NCBI GenBank assembly: GCA_018714385.1
Contig: DVNL01000010.1
Location: forward strand, 6,664-70,663
Length of the DNA stretch: 64,000 nt
Reading direction: 5' to 3'
DNA from: Candidatus Enterosoma merdigallinarum
GTDB lineage: Bacteria > Bacillota_I > Bacilli_A > RFN20 > CAG-288
In this document: piece after piece, positions 8,148-16,351 of the stretch
Position numbering within the stretch: the first letter of the stretch is position 1
Layout of the letters: the number at the start of each line of letters is the position of its first letter
Position numbers and translations under genes: made by a program
The notes under the pieces: model-generated
The model's input: only the letters and a program-made list of their open reading frames with translations
Databases searched by the model: none
Told to the model about the DNA's origin: nothing

Positions 8148-8531
8148 ATGAAAAACCTATTTAGAAGCAAATATAGTCCTATCGGAATGATGTTGAATGT
8201 TTTTTCGGCCGATGGAAAAAGACGGGTATTTTATGCGTTTCAAACCTTGGTCATGTTTGCAATCTCCTTGCTGGCACTTTATGGTCTTAAGGTAATGTTT
8301 ACTCATACGATAGAGGAAAGTTTCGTACTTTTCATTATTGGCACTATCCTTTCAATCGGTGTTCTGATCGGTATTGCCATTCCAGTTGTTATTGCCTCAA
8401 TTATGCTGTTTTTTGCGACTTTGATTGGTACATTTAAGGGCGATGAAAAGGGGGCAAATGCCTTAAGCCTTATTGTTACTATCATATCTGTCACAGCCAC
8501 AATAATAGTAGCTTATTTGATTCTTACTTAG
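8148..8531 (+). CDS. Small integral membrane protein (127 aa, about 3-4 TM), unknown function
   Basis: ORF 8148..8531. It is hydrophobic and AT-rich. It uses CTA/TTA/TCA codons that are almost absent from the neighbouring core genes. Confidence 0.55.
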   Translation: MKNLFRSKYSPIGMMLNVFSADGKRRVFYAFQTLVMFAISLLALYGLKVMFTHTIEESFVLFIIGTILSIGVLIGIAIPVVIASIMLFFATLIGTFKGDEKGANALSLIVTIISVTATIIVAYLILT

Positions 8532-8643
8532 TTTTGGAAATCACTTTTGTTCTCTTTGATATACGTCAAGTTTTATGTTTTCTAGACCAAGAATTTCTGT
8601 TTTTCAATGCCTATATTTTGTCGAGATAATCCAGCAACCGCAT

Positions 8644-8674
8644 AAAAAAACCTATAATGACGATGCATTATAGG
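8644..8674 (-). terminator. Rho-independent terminator downstream of tRNA-His
   Basis: 9-bp stem CCTATAATG/CATTATAGG (8651-8659 / 8666-8674). It is followed on the minus strand by a run of 7 T. Confidence 0.7.
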
Positions 8675-8688
8675 TGTTCTTCAGAGAG

Positions 8689-8765
8689 TGGGGCGGCTAA
8701 TGGGACTTGAACCCATGAATGAGCGGTTCACAGCCGCTTGTGTTAACCACTTCACCATAGCCGCC
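8689..8765 (-). tRNA. tRNA-His (anticodon GTG), with G-1 and encoded CCA
   Basis: The reverse complement folds as a cloverleaf. The acceptor is GCGGCTA/TAGCCGC with an extra 5' G pairing C73. The anticodon stem is AGCGG/CCGCT with loop CTGTGAA. The T arm is ATGGG-TTCAAGT-CCCAT, and the 3' end is CCA. Confidence 0.9.
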
Positions 8766-8770
8766 AGGAA

Positions 8771-8788
8771 GGATGCCCGAAGGCATCC
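8771..8788 (-). other. Short GC hairpin between rpsD and tRNA-His (weak terminator or processing signal)
   Basis: GGATGCC-cgaa-GGCATCC. There is only a weak U-tract on the minus strand. Confidence 0.3.
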
Positions 8789-8801
8789 GGTTCAACTGTG
8801 A

Positions 8802-9413
8802 TTAGAGCTTTCTGTTGTAGAATTCGACGACCTGAGCTTCGTCGATGTCGGCGTAGAGCTCGCTTCTCTCGGGGAGGCGGAGGAACTTGCCTTCGACCTT
8901 GTTGGGGTCGGATTCGACGAAGGCGGGAATCAAGGGCTTCTTCTCGATGGCTTCACGGACGACCTTGAGGGATTTGCTGGATTCCTTGAAGGAGATGACA
9001 TCGTTGATGGAGCAGAGGTAGGAAGGGATGTCGACCTTCTTGCCGTTGACGGTGACATGGCCGTGGGTGACCAGCTGTCTGGCCTGCCTTCTCGTCTGGG
9101 CGAAGCCCAATCTGTAGACGAGGTTGTCGAGACGGGATTCCAGAATCTGCATGAAGTAGGTTCCGGTGACCTTTGTGCGATCGCTCTTGGCGATGCGGAA
9201 GAGACGCTGGAACTGCTTTTCGCTGATGCCGTAGGTGAAGCGAAGCTTCTGCTTCTCGGTCATCTGGATGCCGTATTCGGTCTTCTTCTTGGGGCGGGCG
9301 TCGCCGTGCTGGCCGGGGACGGTCTGCCTCTTCTGAAGCTCCTTGCCGCTTCCGAGGATGGAGTATCCGAGTCTTCTGGAGATTCTCCAGACGGGTCCTG
9401 TGTAACGTGACAT
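8802..9413 (-). CDS. rpsD: 30S ribosomal protein S4
   Basis: ORF 8802..9413. MSRYTGPVWRISRRLGYS... and its length of 203 aa are typical of S4. Confidence 0.95.
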   Translation of the reverse strand: MSRYTGPVWRISRRLGYSILGSGKELQKRQTVPGQHGDARPKKKTEYGIQMTEKQKLRFTYGISEKQFQRLFRIAKSDRTKVTGTYFMQILESRLDNLVYRLGFAQTRRQARQLVTHGHVTVNGKKVDIPSYLCSINDVISFKESSKSLKVVREAIEKKPLIPAFVESDPNKVEGKFLRLPERSELYADIDEAQVVEFYNRKL

Positions 9414-9556
9414 GTGAAATTCTCCTTTCTTTATGCGTTACGATGCATAAGATAGGCGATGGCCTGGCCGTTCCGGATGAGCGTCGTTCGCCTTCGTAGC
9501 AAGGCTACTTTTTATGGCGTCATCGGGCGAAAAGCTGTCATCGTGCTACTGATGCG
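9414..9556 (-). promoter_or_regulatory. Long 5' leader of rpsD (candidate S4 autoregulatory leader)
   Basis: About 145 nt lie between the predicted promoter and the ATG. The region is GC-rich with several possible helices. S4 autoregulation through the rpsD leader is known in Bacillus. Confidence 0.35.
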
Positions 9557-9562
9557 AGGGGT

Positions 9563-9591
9563 ATTCTAGCAAAGTAAGACTAGGATTTCAA
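9563..9591 (-). promoter_or_regulatory. rpsD promoter
   Basis: The minus strand reads TTGAAA (rc of 9586-9591), a 17-nt spacer, then TAGAAT (rc of 9563-9568). Confidence 0.55.
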
Positions 9592-9605
9592 CACAAAATG
9601 AAGAA

Positions 9606-10826
9606 TTAAAGAGAATATTCGAAGACGGAGCCCTCAATGTCGAATTCCTCGTTCGAGACCCAGGTCACAGTCCTGTCCGTCAGATTGTAAAGAGAGGACC
9701 AGACGGTGATGCCGTTCCCGTCGCTTTCCTTGTCGGCATCCCAACTTCGCCGCCCGAGGGTCTTGAGGAGGGAAAGGCCTTCTTCCTTGGAAAAGAGTCC
9801 TTTTCCGTTCGATCCGGTGGGGTCGATCGTTTCCGGTATTTCGCGATAGCGGTCATAGCCGCCTTTCTGATCGTCGGAATCGTAGTAGCCCGGCGTAACG
9901 AGGAAATTGGTGATGTACTGGAAGTCGTCCTCGCCTTCCATGGTTCCCAAAGCATCGTCGTCATCGTTGTAATAGACTCGGAGCTCCCTTTTTGTCCCGT
10001 CATCGTCATCGACATGGCCTTCTGGCTGCACCCATTCCAGGATGGCACTCTTGCCGTTGGCATCGGCGACCATGTAATGGAAGGACGTGTTCGCCGAGTC
10101 ATGGAAGTCATATCGCTTAACCAGTTCGACCGCCTCATCGACATCGTCGGCATAGTCCAAAATCATGCGGAGCATGGTCGTCGAGGTGAGGTCGGGCTTG
10201 TCCGTATTCTGGTCCGTGCTGGAAACGACACCATCGTCCTTCTGGTAGGACATATAGATGCCGCAGCTGACTCCGGCGTCGTTGATTCCGTCCAAAGGGA
10301 CATAGGTGCTCACGAGGGCAAGGGCCCTGTCCATGAAAGAATCGATCTCGCGGCCTCCGGTGATGCCAAGGAATTGCAGGTCGGCGGAAGAAATCGAGGC
10401 GTGGCGCCCGTTTCCCGGGGCAGTATGGACGATCATCGAAGTCGTCGTCGAGAAGTCGTAGTTCCGGGCGAAGTAGCGATCGCCGTCCTCGTCCTGGAAA
10501 GTGAATGAGGAACAGCCGATGCTCGGCGCGTTCAACGTGATGGGGATGATTCCTTTCGTCAAGTTCTTGACGAGGAAATCGATGAGCTCCTGGTCGTTCT
10601 TGGCTCCGCCTTGGGCAAGGAAGTCGTCGAAGTAGTAATCGCCAGGAACCTCGATTTCATAGACGGGTCCGGACGCATTTTCTTTCTTTCCGTCCACGAG
10701 TTTCCTTATAGAAAGGATCCCGGAGATCTCGTTGTGCCAAAGACCATAGACGGTGGCACCGCAGGCGAGTGCGGCAACTAGGACCGTCACGCCTGTTCCG
10801 ATCAATATCTTCTTGAAAAGTTTCAT
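9606..10826 (-). CDS. Membrane-anchored Ntn-hydrolase, choloylglycine hydrolase / linear amide C-N hydrolase family
   Basis: From ORF 9606..10871, with the start at ATG 10826 behind AAGGAGG. It has an N-terminal TM anchor. The motif ...APSIGCSSFTF...RNYDF... carries the family's nucleophile Cys. Confidence 0.6.
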   Translation of the reverse strand: MKLFKKILIGTGVTVLVAALACGATVYGLWHNEISGILSIRKLVDGKKENASGPVYEIEVPGDYYFDDFLAQGGAKNDQELIDFLVKNLTKGIIPITLNAPSIGCSSFTFQDEDGDRYFARNYDFSTTTSMIVHTAPGNGRHASISSADLQFLGITGGREIDSFMDRALALVSTYVPLDGINDAGVSCGIYMSYQKDDGVVSSTDQNTDKPDLTSTTMLRMILDYADDVDEAVELVKRYDFHDSANTSFHYMVADANGKSAILEWVQPEGHVDDDDGTKRELRVYYNDDDDALGTMEGEDDFQYITNFLVTPGYYDSDDQKGGYDRYREIPETIDPTGSNGKGLFSKEEGLSLLKTLGRRSWDADKESDGNGITVWSSLYNLTDRTVTWVSNEEFDIEGSVFEYSL

Positions 10827-10871
10827 GATTAGCCTCCTTGAAACCGATTGACAATAAAAAAGGAAAACCAA

Positions 10872-10937
10872 AAAAGCAATATTTTTCTTACAAAAGATTA
10901 TTTTAAAGTCGAAAAATAGTTACTAAATATTGCTTTT
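10872..10937. repeat. Perfect 13-bp inverted repeat AAAAGCAATATTT / AAATATTGCTTTT separated by 40 nt
   Basis: Read directly at 10872-10884 and 10925-10937. It lies in the divergent region between the hydrolase gene and leuS. Confidence 0.7.
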
Positions 10938-11002
10938 ATCAGCCTTCAATCAAAGGAGATTTACATTTGTAAAGGGCTCCTTTCTCGTAATGGAAAGACC
11001 GG

Positions 11003-11032
11003 TTACCAAAAGAGATAAGAAAATTGTATAAT
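11003..11032 (+). promoter_or_regulatory. leuS promoter
   Basis: TTACCA (11003-11008), an 18-nt spacer, then TATAAT (11027-11032) with TG directly upstream. Confidence 0.45.
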
Positions 11033-11065
11033 TTCATATTGGTTTATCGGACAAGGAGGCTTTCT

Positions 11066-13471
11066 ATGGCCTACGAATTCAAAGACATCGAAGAAAAGTG
11101 GGAAAAGGTCTGGGACAAGGAAAAGACGTATCACACGGACTGTCACGACTTTTCCAAGCCGAAATACTATATCCTAGACATGTTCCCCTACCCGTCCGCG
11201 GTCGGTCTCCATGTGGGCCACGTCGAAGGCTATACGGCGACCGATGCCCTTTCGCGGATGAAGAGAATGCAAGGCTTCAACGTCCTGCACCCGATCGGCT
11301 ATGACGCCTTCGGCCTGCCGGCGGAGCAGTTTGCCATCAAGAACAATCAGAACCCTGCGATCTATACCGACAGAAACATCGACAATTTCAGGAAGCAACT
11401 GAAAAGGCTCGGTTTTTCCTATGACTGGGACAGGGAAATCAAGACAAGCGATCCTTCCTATTATAAATGGACCCAGTGGATTTTCACGAAACTCTATGAG
11501 AAGGGCCTTTCCTATGAGGACGACAGACTCGTCAACTGGTGCCCAGCTCTCGGGACGGTCCTCGCAAACGAGGAAGTCATCGATGGCAAGAGCGAGCGCG
11601 GGGGATATCCCGTCGAAAGACGTCCCATGCGCCAGTGGTGTCTGAAGATCACGGCCTACGCCGACAAACTCCTTTCCGGACTCGATACGATCCAATGGCC
11701 GTCTTCCACCTTGACGATGCAAAGAAACTGGATCGGGCGGAGCGAAGGTTCCCTGATCACTTTCGACGTGGTGGGGGAGGAACTTTCCTTCGACGTCTTC
11801 ACGACGCGTGCGGATACCCTTTTCGGGTGCACCTATTGCGTCCTGGCACCGGAGCATCCTCTGGTCGGAAGATTGACGAAAGCCGACAGAAAAGCGGAAG
11901 TCGAGTCGTACATCGAGGCCTGCTCCAAGAAATCGGACATGGAAAGAACGGACGGAAGCAAGGAAAAGACGGGAGTCTTCCTCGGCTCGTATGCCGTCAA
12001 TCCCATCAACGGGAAGGAAGTCCCGATCTATATCGGGGACTATGTCCTCGCGACCTATGCCACAGGCGCCGTCATGGCCGTTCCCGCCCACGATCAGCGT
12101 GACTATGAATTCGCCAAAAAGCATGACATCGCCATGATCCAGGTCATCGAAGGCGATATCAGCGAGACGGCCTACGAAGGCGAGGGAAGGCACATCCACT
12201 CCGAATTTGCCGATGGTCTTGGAAACGATGAGGCCAGAAAGGCCATCACGGACAGGCTCGTCCAAATGGGCAAGGGGTCCTACAAGATTTCCTATAAACT
12301 TCGCGATTGGCTCTTCTCGAGACAGAGATATTGGGGTGAACCCATCCCCATGATACACATGGAAGACGGAAGTGTTCTTCCGGAAACGCACCTTCCCCTC
12401 GTCCTTCCCGAGATGAAGGACTACAAACCGACGGGCGACGGAAAGCCGCCGCTTAGCAAGGAAAGGGAATGGGTGGATGTCGTCATCGATGGAAAGAAGG
12501 GCGAGCGCGAGACAAACACGATGCCCCAGTGGGCCGGATCGTCCTGGTATTATGCGCGCTATATCGATCCGCACAATGACGAGGCGATCGGAGACAAGGC
12601 CCTGTTGGATCATTGGCTTCCCGTCGATGTCTATGTCGGCGGCGCGGAACATGCCGTCCTCCATCTGCTTTATGCCCGCTTCTGGCACAAGTTCCTGCGC
12701 GACGAGGGCGTCTTCTCCTGCGACGAGCCTTTCCAAAAGCTCTATCACCAGGGACTGATCCTGGGAAGCGACGGCCAAAAGATGAGCAAGTCCCTCGGCA
12801 ATACCGTGTCTCCCGATGATGTCATCGCCGAATACGGAGCCGACAGCCTCCGTTTCTACGAGATGTTCAAAGGGCCGGTCGACCAATCCCTTCCTTGGAG
12901 CGAGGATGGCCCCAAGGGCGCAAAAAGGTTTTTGGACAAGTTCTATCGCCTCTATTCCGACCAGAACTTCGTGGACAAGTGGTCGGAGGAAGGAAACCCC
13001 GCTTTGGACTATGTCTACAATGCGACCGTCAAGAAGTGCACCAACGACTACGAGATCCTTCACTTCAATACCGGAATCAGCCAGATCATGATTTGCGTCA
13101 ACGAGCTCTACAAGGCCGATAGGCTCCCCAAGGCGATGCTGGAAGGCCTATGCAAGCTCTTGGCTCCGATCTGCCCGCATCTTGCCCAGGAATGCTACTC
13201 CCTTCTTGGCCGGCCCGGCCTTCTCGACTTTACCCCGTGGCCGACCTATGACGAGGACAAGATCAGCGCCAAGCCGGTCACCTATGCCGTCCAGGTCAAC
13301 GGAAAGCTGAGGGCCAAGGTCGATTTCCGCAAGGATGCCTCGCCCGAGGAACTGGAGACCTTGAAGAAGGACGTCCTGCTCCTTCCCGAATTGAAGCCAT
13401 ACCTCGAGGGAAAAGAGGTCGTCAAGGTGATCGCCGTCCTCAATCGCATCGTCTCCGTCGTCGTCAAATGA
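11066..13471 (+). CDS. leuS: Leucyl-tRNA synthetase
   Basis: From ORF 11024..13471, with ATG 11066 behind AAGGAGG. It carries the HVGH-type motif ([11 protein letters not shown]) and KMSKS (QKMSKSLGN). Confidence 0.97.
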   Translation: MAYEFKDIEEKWEKVWDKEKTYHTDCHDFSKPKYYILDMFPYPSAVGLHVGHVEGYTATDALSRMKRMQGFNVLHPIGYDAFGLPAEQFAIKNNQNPAIYTDRNIDNFRKQLKRLGFSYDWDREIKTSDPSYYKWTQWIFTKLYEKGLSYEDDRLVNWCPALGTVLANEEVIDGKSERGGYPVERRPMRQWCLKITAYADKLLSGLDTIQWPSSTLTMQRNWIGRSEGSLITFDVVGEELSFDVFTTRADTLFGCTYCVLAPEHPLVGRLTKADRKAEVESYIEACSKKSDMERTDGSKEKTGVFLGSYAVNPINGKEVPIYIGDYVLATYATGAVMAVPAHDQRDYEFAKKHDIAMIQVIEGDISETAYEGEGRHIHSEFADGLGNDEARKAITDRLVQMGKGSYKISYKLRDWLFSRQRYWGEPIPMIHMEDGSVLPETHLPLVLPEMKDYKPTGDGKPPLSKEREWVDVVIDGKKGERETNTMPQWAGSSWYYARYIDPHNDEAIGDKALLDHWLPVDVYVGGAEHAVLHLLYARFWHKFLRDEGVFSCDEPFQKLYHQGLILGSDGQKMSKSLGNTVSPDDVIAEYGADSLRFYEMFKGPVDQSLPWSEDGPKGAKRFLDKFYRLYSDQNFVDKWSEEGNPALDYVYNATVKKCTNDYEILHFNTGISQIMICVNELYKADRLPKAMLEGLCKLLAPICPHLAQECYSLLGRPGLLDFTPWPTYDEDKISAKPVTYAVQVNGKLRAKVDFRKDASPEELETLKKDVLLLPELKPYLEGKEVVKVIAVLNRIVSVVVK

Positions 13472-13483
13472 ATTTCTGACCAT

Positions 13484-13516
13484 AAAAAAAGCGTCGTCGG
13501 ATGACGGCGCTTTTCT
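13484..13516. terminator. Bidirectional rho-independent terminator between convergent leuS and pepC
   Basis: An A-run, the stem GCGTCGTC-ggat-GACGGCGC, then a T-run. Confidence 0.7.
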
Positions 13517-13528
13517 TGTGCATCGGGA

Positions 13529-14863
13529 TCAGAGGGCCAAAGAACCCATGGGATCCCAGGGCTCGAGTTCGATGGGATCGGAATCGTACTCGGCAAGCTC
13601 CTCGGGAGTGAGGTATTTCTTGTTCACGACCACTTGGTAGACGAATTGGTCGAACCAGGCATCGTCCATGGCATAGAAACCTTTGTAGCCGCTTTCCTCG
13701 CCCCAGGAGTTCTCCACCTTCCAGCGGTCGGCCTTGCCGTCATCGCGGACGTTGACGCCGGTGAGGACCATGGCGTGCGTCATCAGGGATTCGCCATAGT
13801 CGAGCCTTTCTTCCTTGGTCATGGAGAAGTCACAGTCGAAGAGGGAGTCATAGGCATAGACGCCGAGACTCAAGAGACCTTCGGGACGGAGAAGGTCCTT
13901 TCCGACGTCGGAACCGAACCAGACGACTTCCCCGTCCTGGAGCTGGCTCAATGCGCAACGCTTGAGCTCCTCGATGGGGAGGTTGAGATAGCGGACCTTT
14001 TCCCCGACGAGGTTGCCGAGGAATTTCACGGTGAAGGAACGATGGAAAGGCTTGTCGGAAGTCGGTGCGTTGATGAGGGAGACATAGTCGTCGAGGTTCA
14101 GGCCGACATAGCGGTCATAGAATTCCAGCGGCGTGATGTCCTCGATGCGGACGTAGCGCCCGTCCTTGTCCCGTGTCTCGTAGGTGAAGGAGACAGGGGG
14201 CTTTCCAAGACAGGTCACAAGGATGCCGTAGATTTCCTTGAGCATGCTCTCTTTGAGGCCGCGGAGAGCGGCGAGATCCTTTCCGCCGATGTGTTCCTTT
14301 CTCAGGATGGCGGCATCCTTCCTGAGCTTGAGCGTGATGAGACCGTCCATGTCCCGAGTCCGGGAGGAGGAAAAGGATTCCGGCATCATTTCCTTGGGGC
14401 AGACGCCATACTTCTTCGTCAAGCCGACGAACATGTTCCACTGGCCGCCGTCCCCGATCGGATCTTTCAGGAGATGGGAAAGAAGTCTCGAAGAAGTCTT
14501 CTCGTCCAATGTCGCGAGAATGTTCTCGAGGAAGAAATTGCACTTTTCAAGCTTGTCGAAGAAGAGAGGATAGGCTTGGCTCAGCTCCATGTTCTTGAGA
14601 TTGAGCTTTCGCATGACTTCCAGGCGGAAGACGTTGTAGGCGGCGAACATCCAGCACCGGCCGGACTGCTTTTGGTTGCAGACTTTTCCGGCATCCAGGT
14701 CGACGGAGTAGTTCTCGACAAGAGGTCTCGTCCTCATGTGGTCCACGGCGCAAGAAGCCGGACCGTTTTTGACCACGGCGTTCTGGATGGCAATGTTGGC
14801 TTCACGACCATCGTAGGCTTTCTGGAAGGTGAGTATGTCTTCCGAAGTTAGAATATCTTTCAT
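13529..14863 (-). CDS. pepC: Aminopeptidase C (bleomycin hydrolase family, peptidase C1B), copy 1
   Basis: From ORF 13529..14935, with the start at ATG 14863. It carries QKQSGRCWMFAA (catalytic Cys) and HAMVLTGV...WKVENSWG motifs. Confidence 0.9.
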   Translation of the reverse strand: MKDILTSEDILTFQKAYDGREANIAIQNAVVKNGPASCAVDHMRTRPLVENYSVDLDAGKVCNQKQSGRCWMFAAYNVFRLEVMRKLNLKNMELSQAYPLFFDKLEKCNFFLENILATLDEKTSSRLLSHLLKDPIGDGGQWNMFVGLTKKYGVCPKEMMPESFSSSRTRDMDGLITLKLRKDAAILRKEHIGGKDLAALRGLKESMLKEIYGILVTCLGKPPVSFTYETRDKDGRYVRIEDITPLEFYDRYVGLNLDDYVSLINAPTSDKPFHRSFTVKFLGNLVGEKVRYLNLPIEELKRCALSQLQDGEVVWFGSDVGKDLLRPEGLLSLGVYAYDSLFDCDFSMTKEERLDYGESLMTHAMVLTGVNVRDDGKADRWKVENSWGEESGYKGFYAMDDAWFDQFVYQVVVNKKYLTPEELAEYDSDPIELEPWDPMGSLAL

Positions 14864-14867
14864 TGTT

Positions 14868-16211
14868 TTATTTCCTTTCCGGCATGCCGAACATGCCATT
14901 GAACGGCTCGACCTCGACGGTTTCCGCCCTGTCATAGTTGTTGACGACCTTCTTGGGAAGGTACTTTCGATTGATTATCACTTGATAGACGTTGTCGGTG
15001 AACCAGGCGTCGGACATGACGAAGAAACCGTCCTTTCCGTTTTCCTTTCCCCAGGAATTCTCCACCTTCCAGCGCAGGGGGCAACCGGACGAATCCAGGT
15101 CGACGCCGGTCAGACACATCGCATGGTTGCTAAAGGAGATACGGGAGTCCAGCCTCTTTCCCTTGTCCTTCATGAGCTCGACGCGGAAAAGGGACTCATA
15201 GTCGAAAAGACGGCTGTCCAGAAAGCCTTCCTTGCGGAGGGACTGTTCGCTCACGTCGGCCGCGAACCAGAGCGGTTCCCCGTTCTTGAGCGAGAGGATG
15301 GCACCATCCTTGATGACCTTCATGTCGCTGTTGTAGAAGATGACATTCTCCCCGCCCACGACGTTGTTGACGAGGGGGCAAGTGTATTTCGTTCCCTTCT
15401 TCCAGCCGTGGATCGGGGCATCGGTGAGGGAGACGTATTCGGCAAGGCTGGTCTTGACATATTTTTCATAGAAGGACTTCGGTGTCAGTCCCTCTTCGCG
15501 ATGGAAGACGTTGTCCTTGTCGCGATACTCGAAGTCGAAGGACTGCGGCGGTTGGCCAAGGGAGATGGAAAGGACGCGATAGATTTCCGCAAGCAAGTCG
15601 TCCTTCCTTTTTCTCGCCTCGCGAAGGCCCTTCTTCCTGACGATTTCGCGAAGGACGAGAGCGTCCTGTTTGAGGAGTCGGGAAAGGATGACGTTGAGTT
15701 CGCCCGTGTCGGCGTTGACCGTCGTGTCGGGAAGGACGGCAGAGGGGACGATGCCATATTTGCGGACGAGGTTGACGAACATCGCCCAGTGGCCGCCGTC
15801 TCCGATACCCGAGTCGAGAAGGAAAACGTTGTTGCGCGAGGAAATGTCCTCCTTGGCAAGGGAGAGAATGCCTTCCATGAAGAAGTTTGCCTTCTCCAGC
15901 TTGTCATAGAATTGGAGATAGGCTTGGGAGCATTCGAAATCCTTGACTTTGAGCGCATCGATGAGAATCTTTCTCAAGACATTGAGCCCGGCAAACATCC
16001 AACAGCGGCCGGAGCGTTTCTGGTTCGTGACGCTGCCGCAGTCGACATCGATCGAAAAGACCGGCTCGAGTTCCCTCGTGCATGAAAGATCCAGGCCCGC
16101 CTTGCCGATTCCGACGGAAGTGACGGCGTGTTCGCGGACTCTGTTCTCCCTGTCGGCGTCATATTTTTCGCGATAGAGAAGGATATCCTTCTCGGTCAAT
16201 GTTTTGTCCAT
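14868..16211 (-). CDS. pepC: Aminopeptidase C (peptidase C1B), copy 2 (tandem paralog)
   Basis: From ORF 14868..16415, with the start at ATG 16211. It carries QKRSGRCWMFAG and HAMCLTGV...WKVENSWG motifs. Confidence 0.9.
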   Translation of the reverse strand: MDKTLTEKDILLYREKYDADRENRVREHAVTSVGIGKAGLDLSCTRELEPVFSIDVDCGSVTNQKRSGRCWMFAGLNVLRKILIDALKVKDFECSQAYLQFYDKLEKANFFMEGILSLAKEDISSRNNVFLLDSGIGDGGHWAMFVNLVRKYGIVPSAVLPDTTVNADTGELNVILSRLLKQDALVLREIVRKKGLREARKRKDDLLAEIYRVLSISLGQPPQSFDFEYRDKDNVFHREEGLTPKSFYEKYVKTSLAEYVSLTDAPIHGWKKGTKYTCPLVNNVVGGENVIFYNSDMKVIKDGAILSLKNGEPLWFAADVSEQSLRKEGFLDSRLFDYESLFRVELMKDKGKRLDSRISFSNHAMCLTGVDLDSSGCPLRWKVENSWGKENGKDGFFVMSDAWFTDNVYQVIINRKYLPKKVVNNYDRAETVEVEPFNGMFGMPERK

Positions 16212-16351
16212 ATCGGAAACCTCCAGAGAATTACTATAGCACAGCTCCTGGCGAGAATCGGAAAAGACGAGAACGCCTGACCGTCTTGAAGGAAAGCCGG
16301 GTGATATAATAAACACGAAAAGCCTTCGTGGAAGGCAGAAGGAGGAATCCC

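Larger units (their letters stand above)
7709..8688. other. AT-rich, compositionally atypical segment flanking the 3' end of tRNA-His (possible remnant of an integrated element)
   Basis: There is a visibly lower GC than the flanks and only one intact ORF (8148..8531). Short broken reading frames occur in 7790-7980. It ends at the 3' end of tRNA-His. Confidence 0.4.

Noticed and set aside
8659-8672. 14-nt identity GACGATGCATTATA shared between the tRNA-His terminator (8659-8672) and the plsY/parE promoter region (38504-38517).
   Set aside because: A repeated 14-mer is expected by chance about ten times in 64 kb when both strands are counted. The two contexts (terminator stem and -10 region) are unrelated.
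11174-13063. Very long antisense ORFs. Examples are 629 aa opposite leuS, 26739..28181, 32130..33533, 35175..36548, 36364..37602, 41430..43184, 42805..44226, 44662..45876, 51586..53085 and 54368..55537.
   Set aside because: In every case I checked (leuS, aspS, parC, parE) they share codon boundaries with a well-supported sense gene. They have Arg/Gly/Asp-rich, low-information translations and no SD or start context. They are explained by avoidance of TTA/CTA/TCA in the sense genes.
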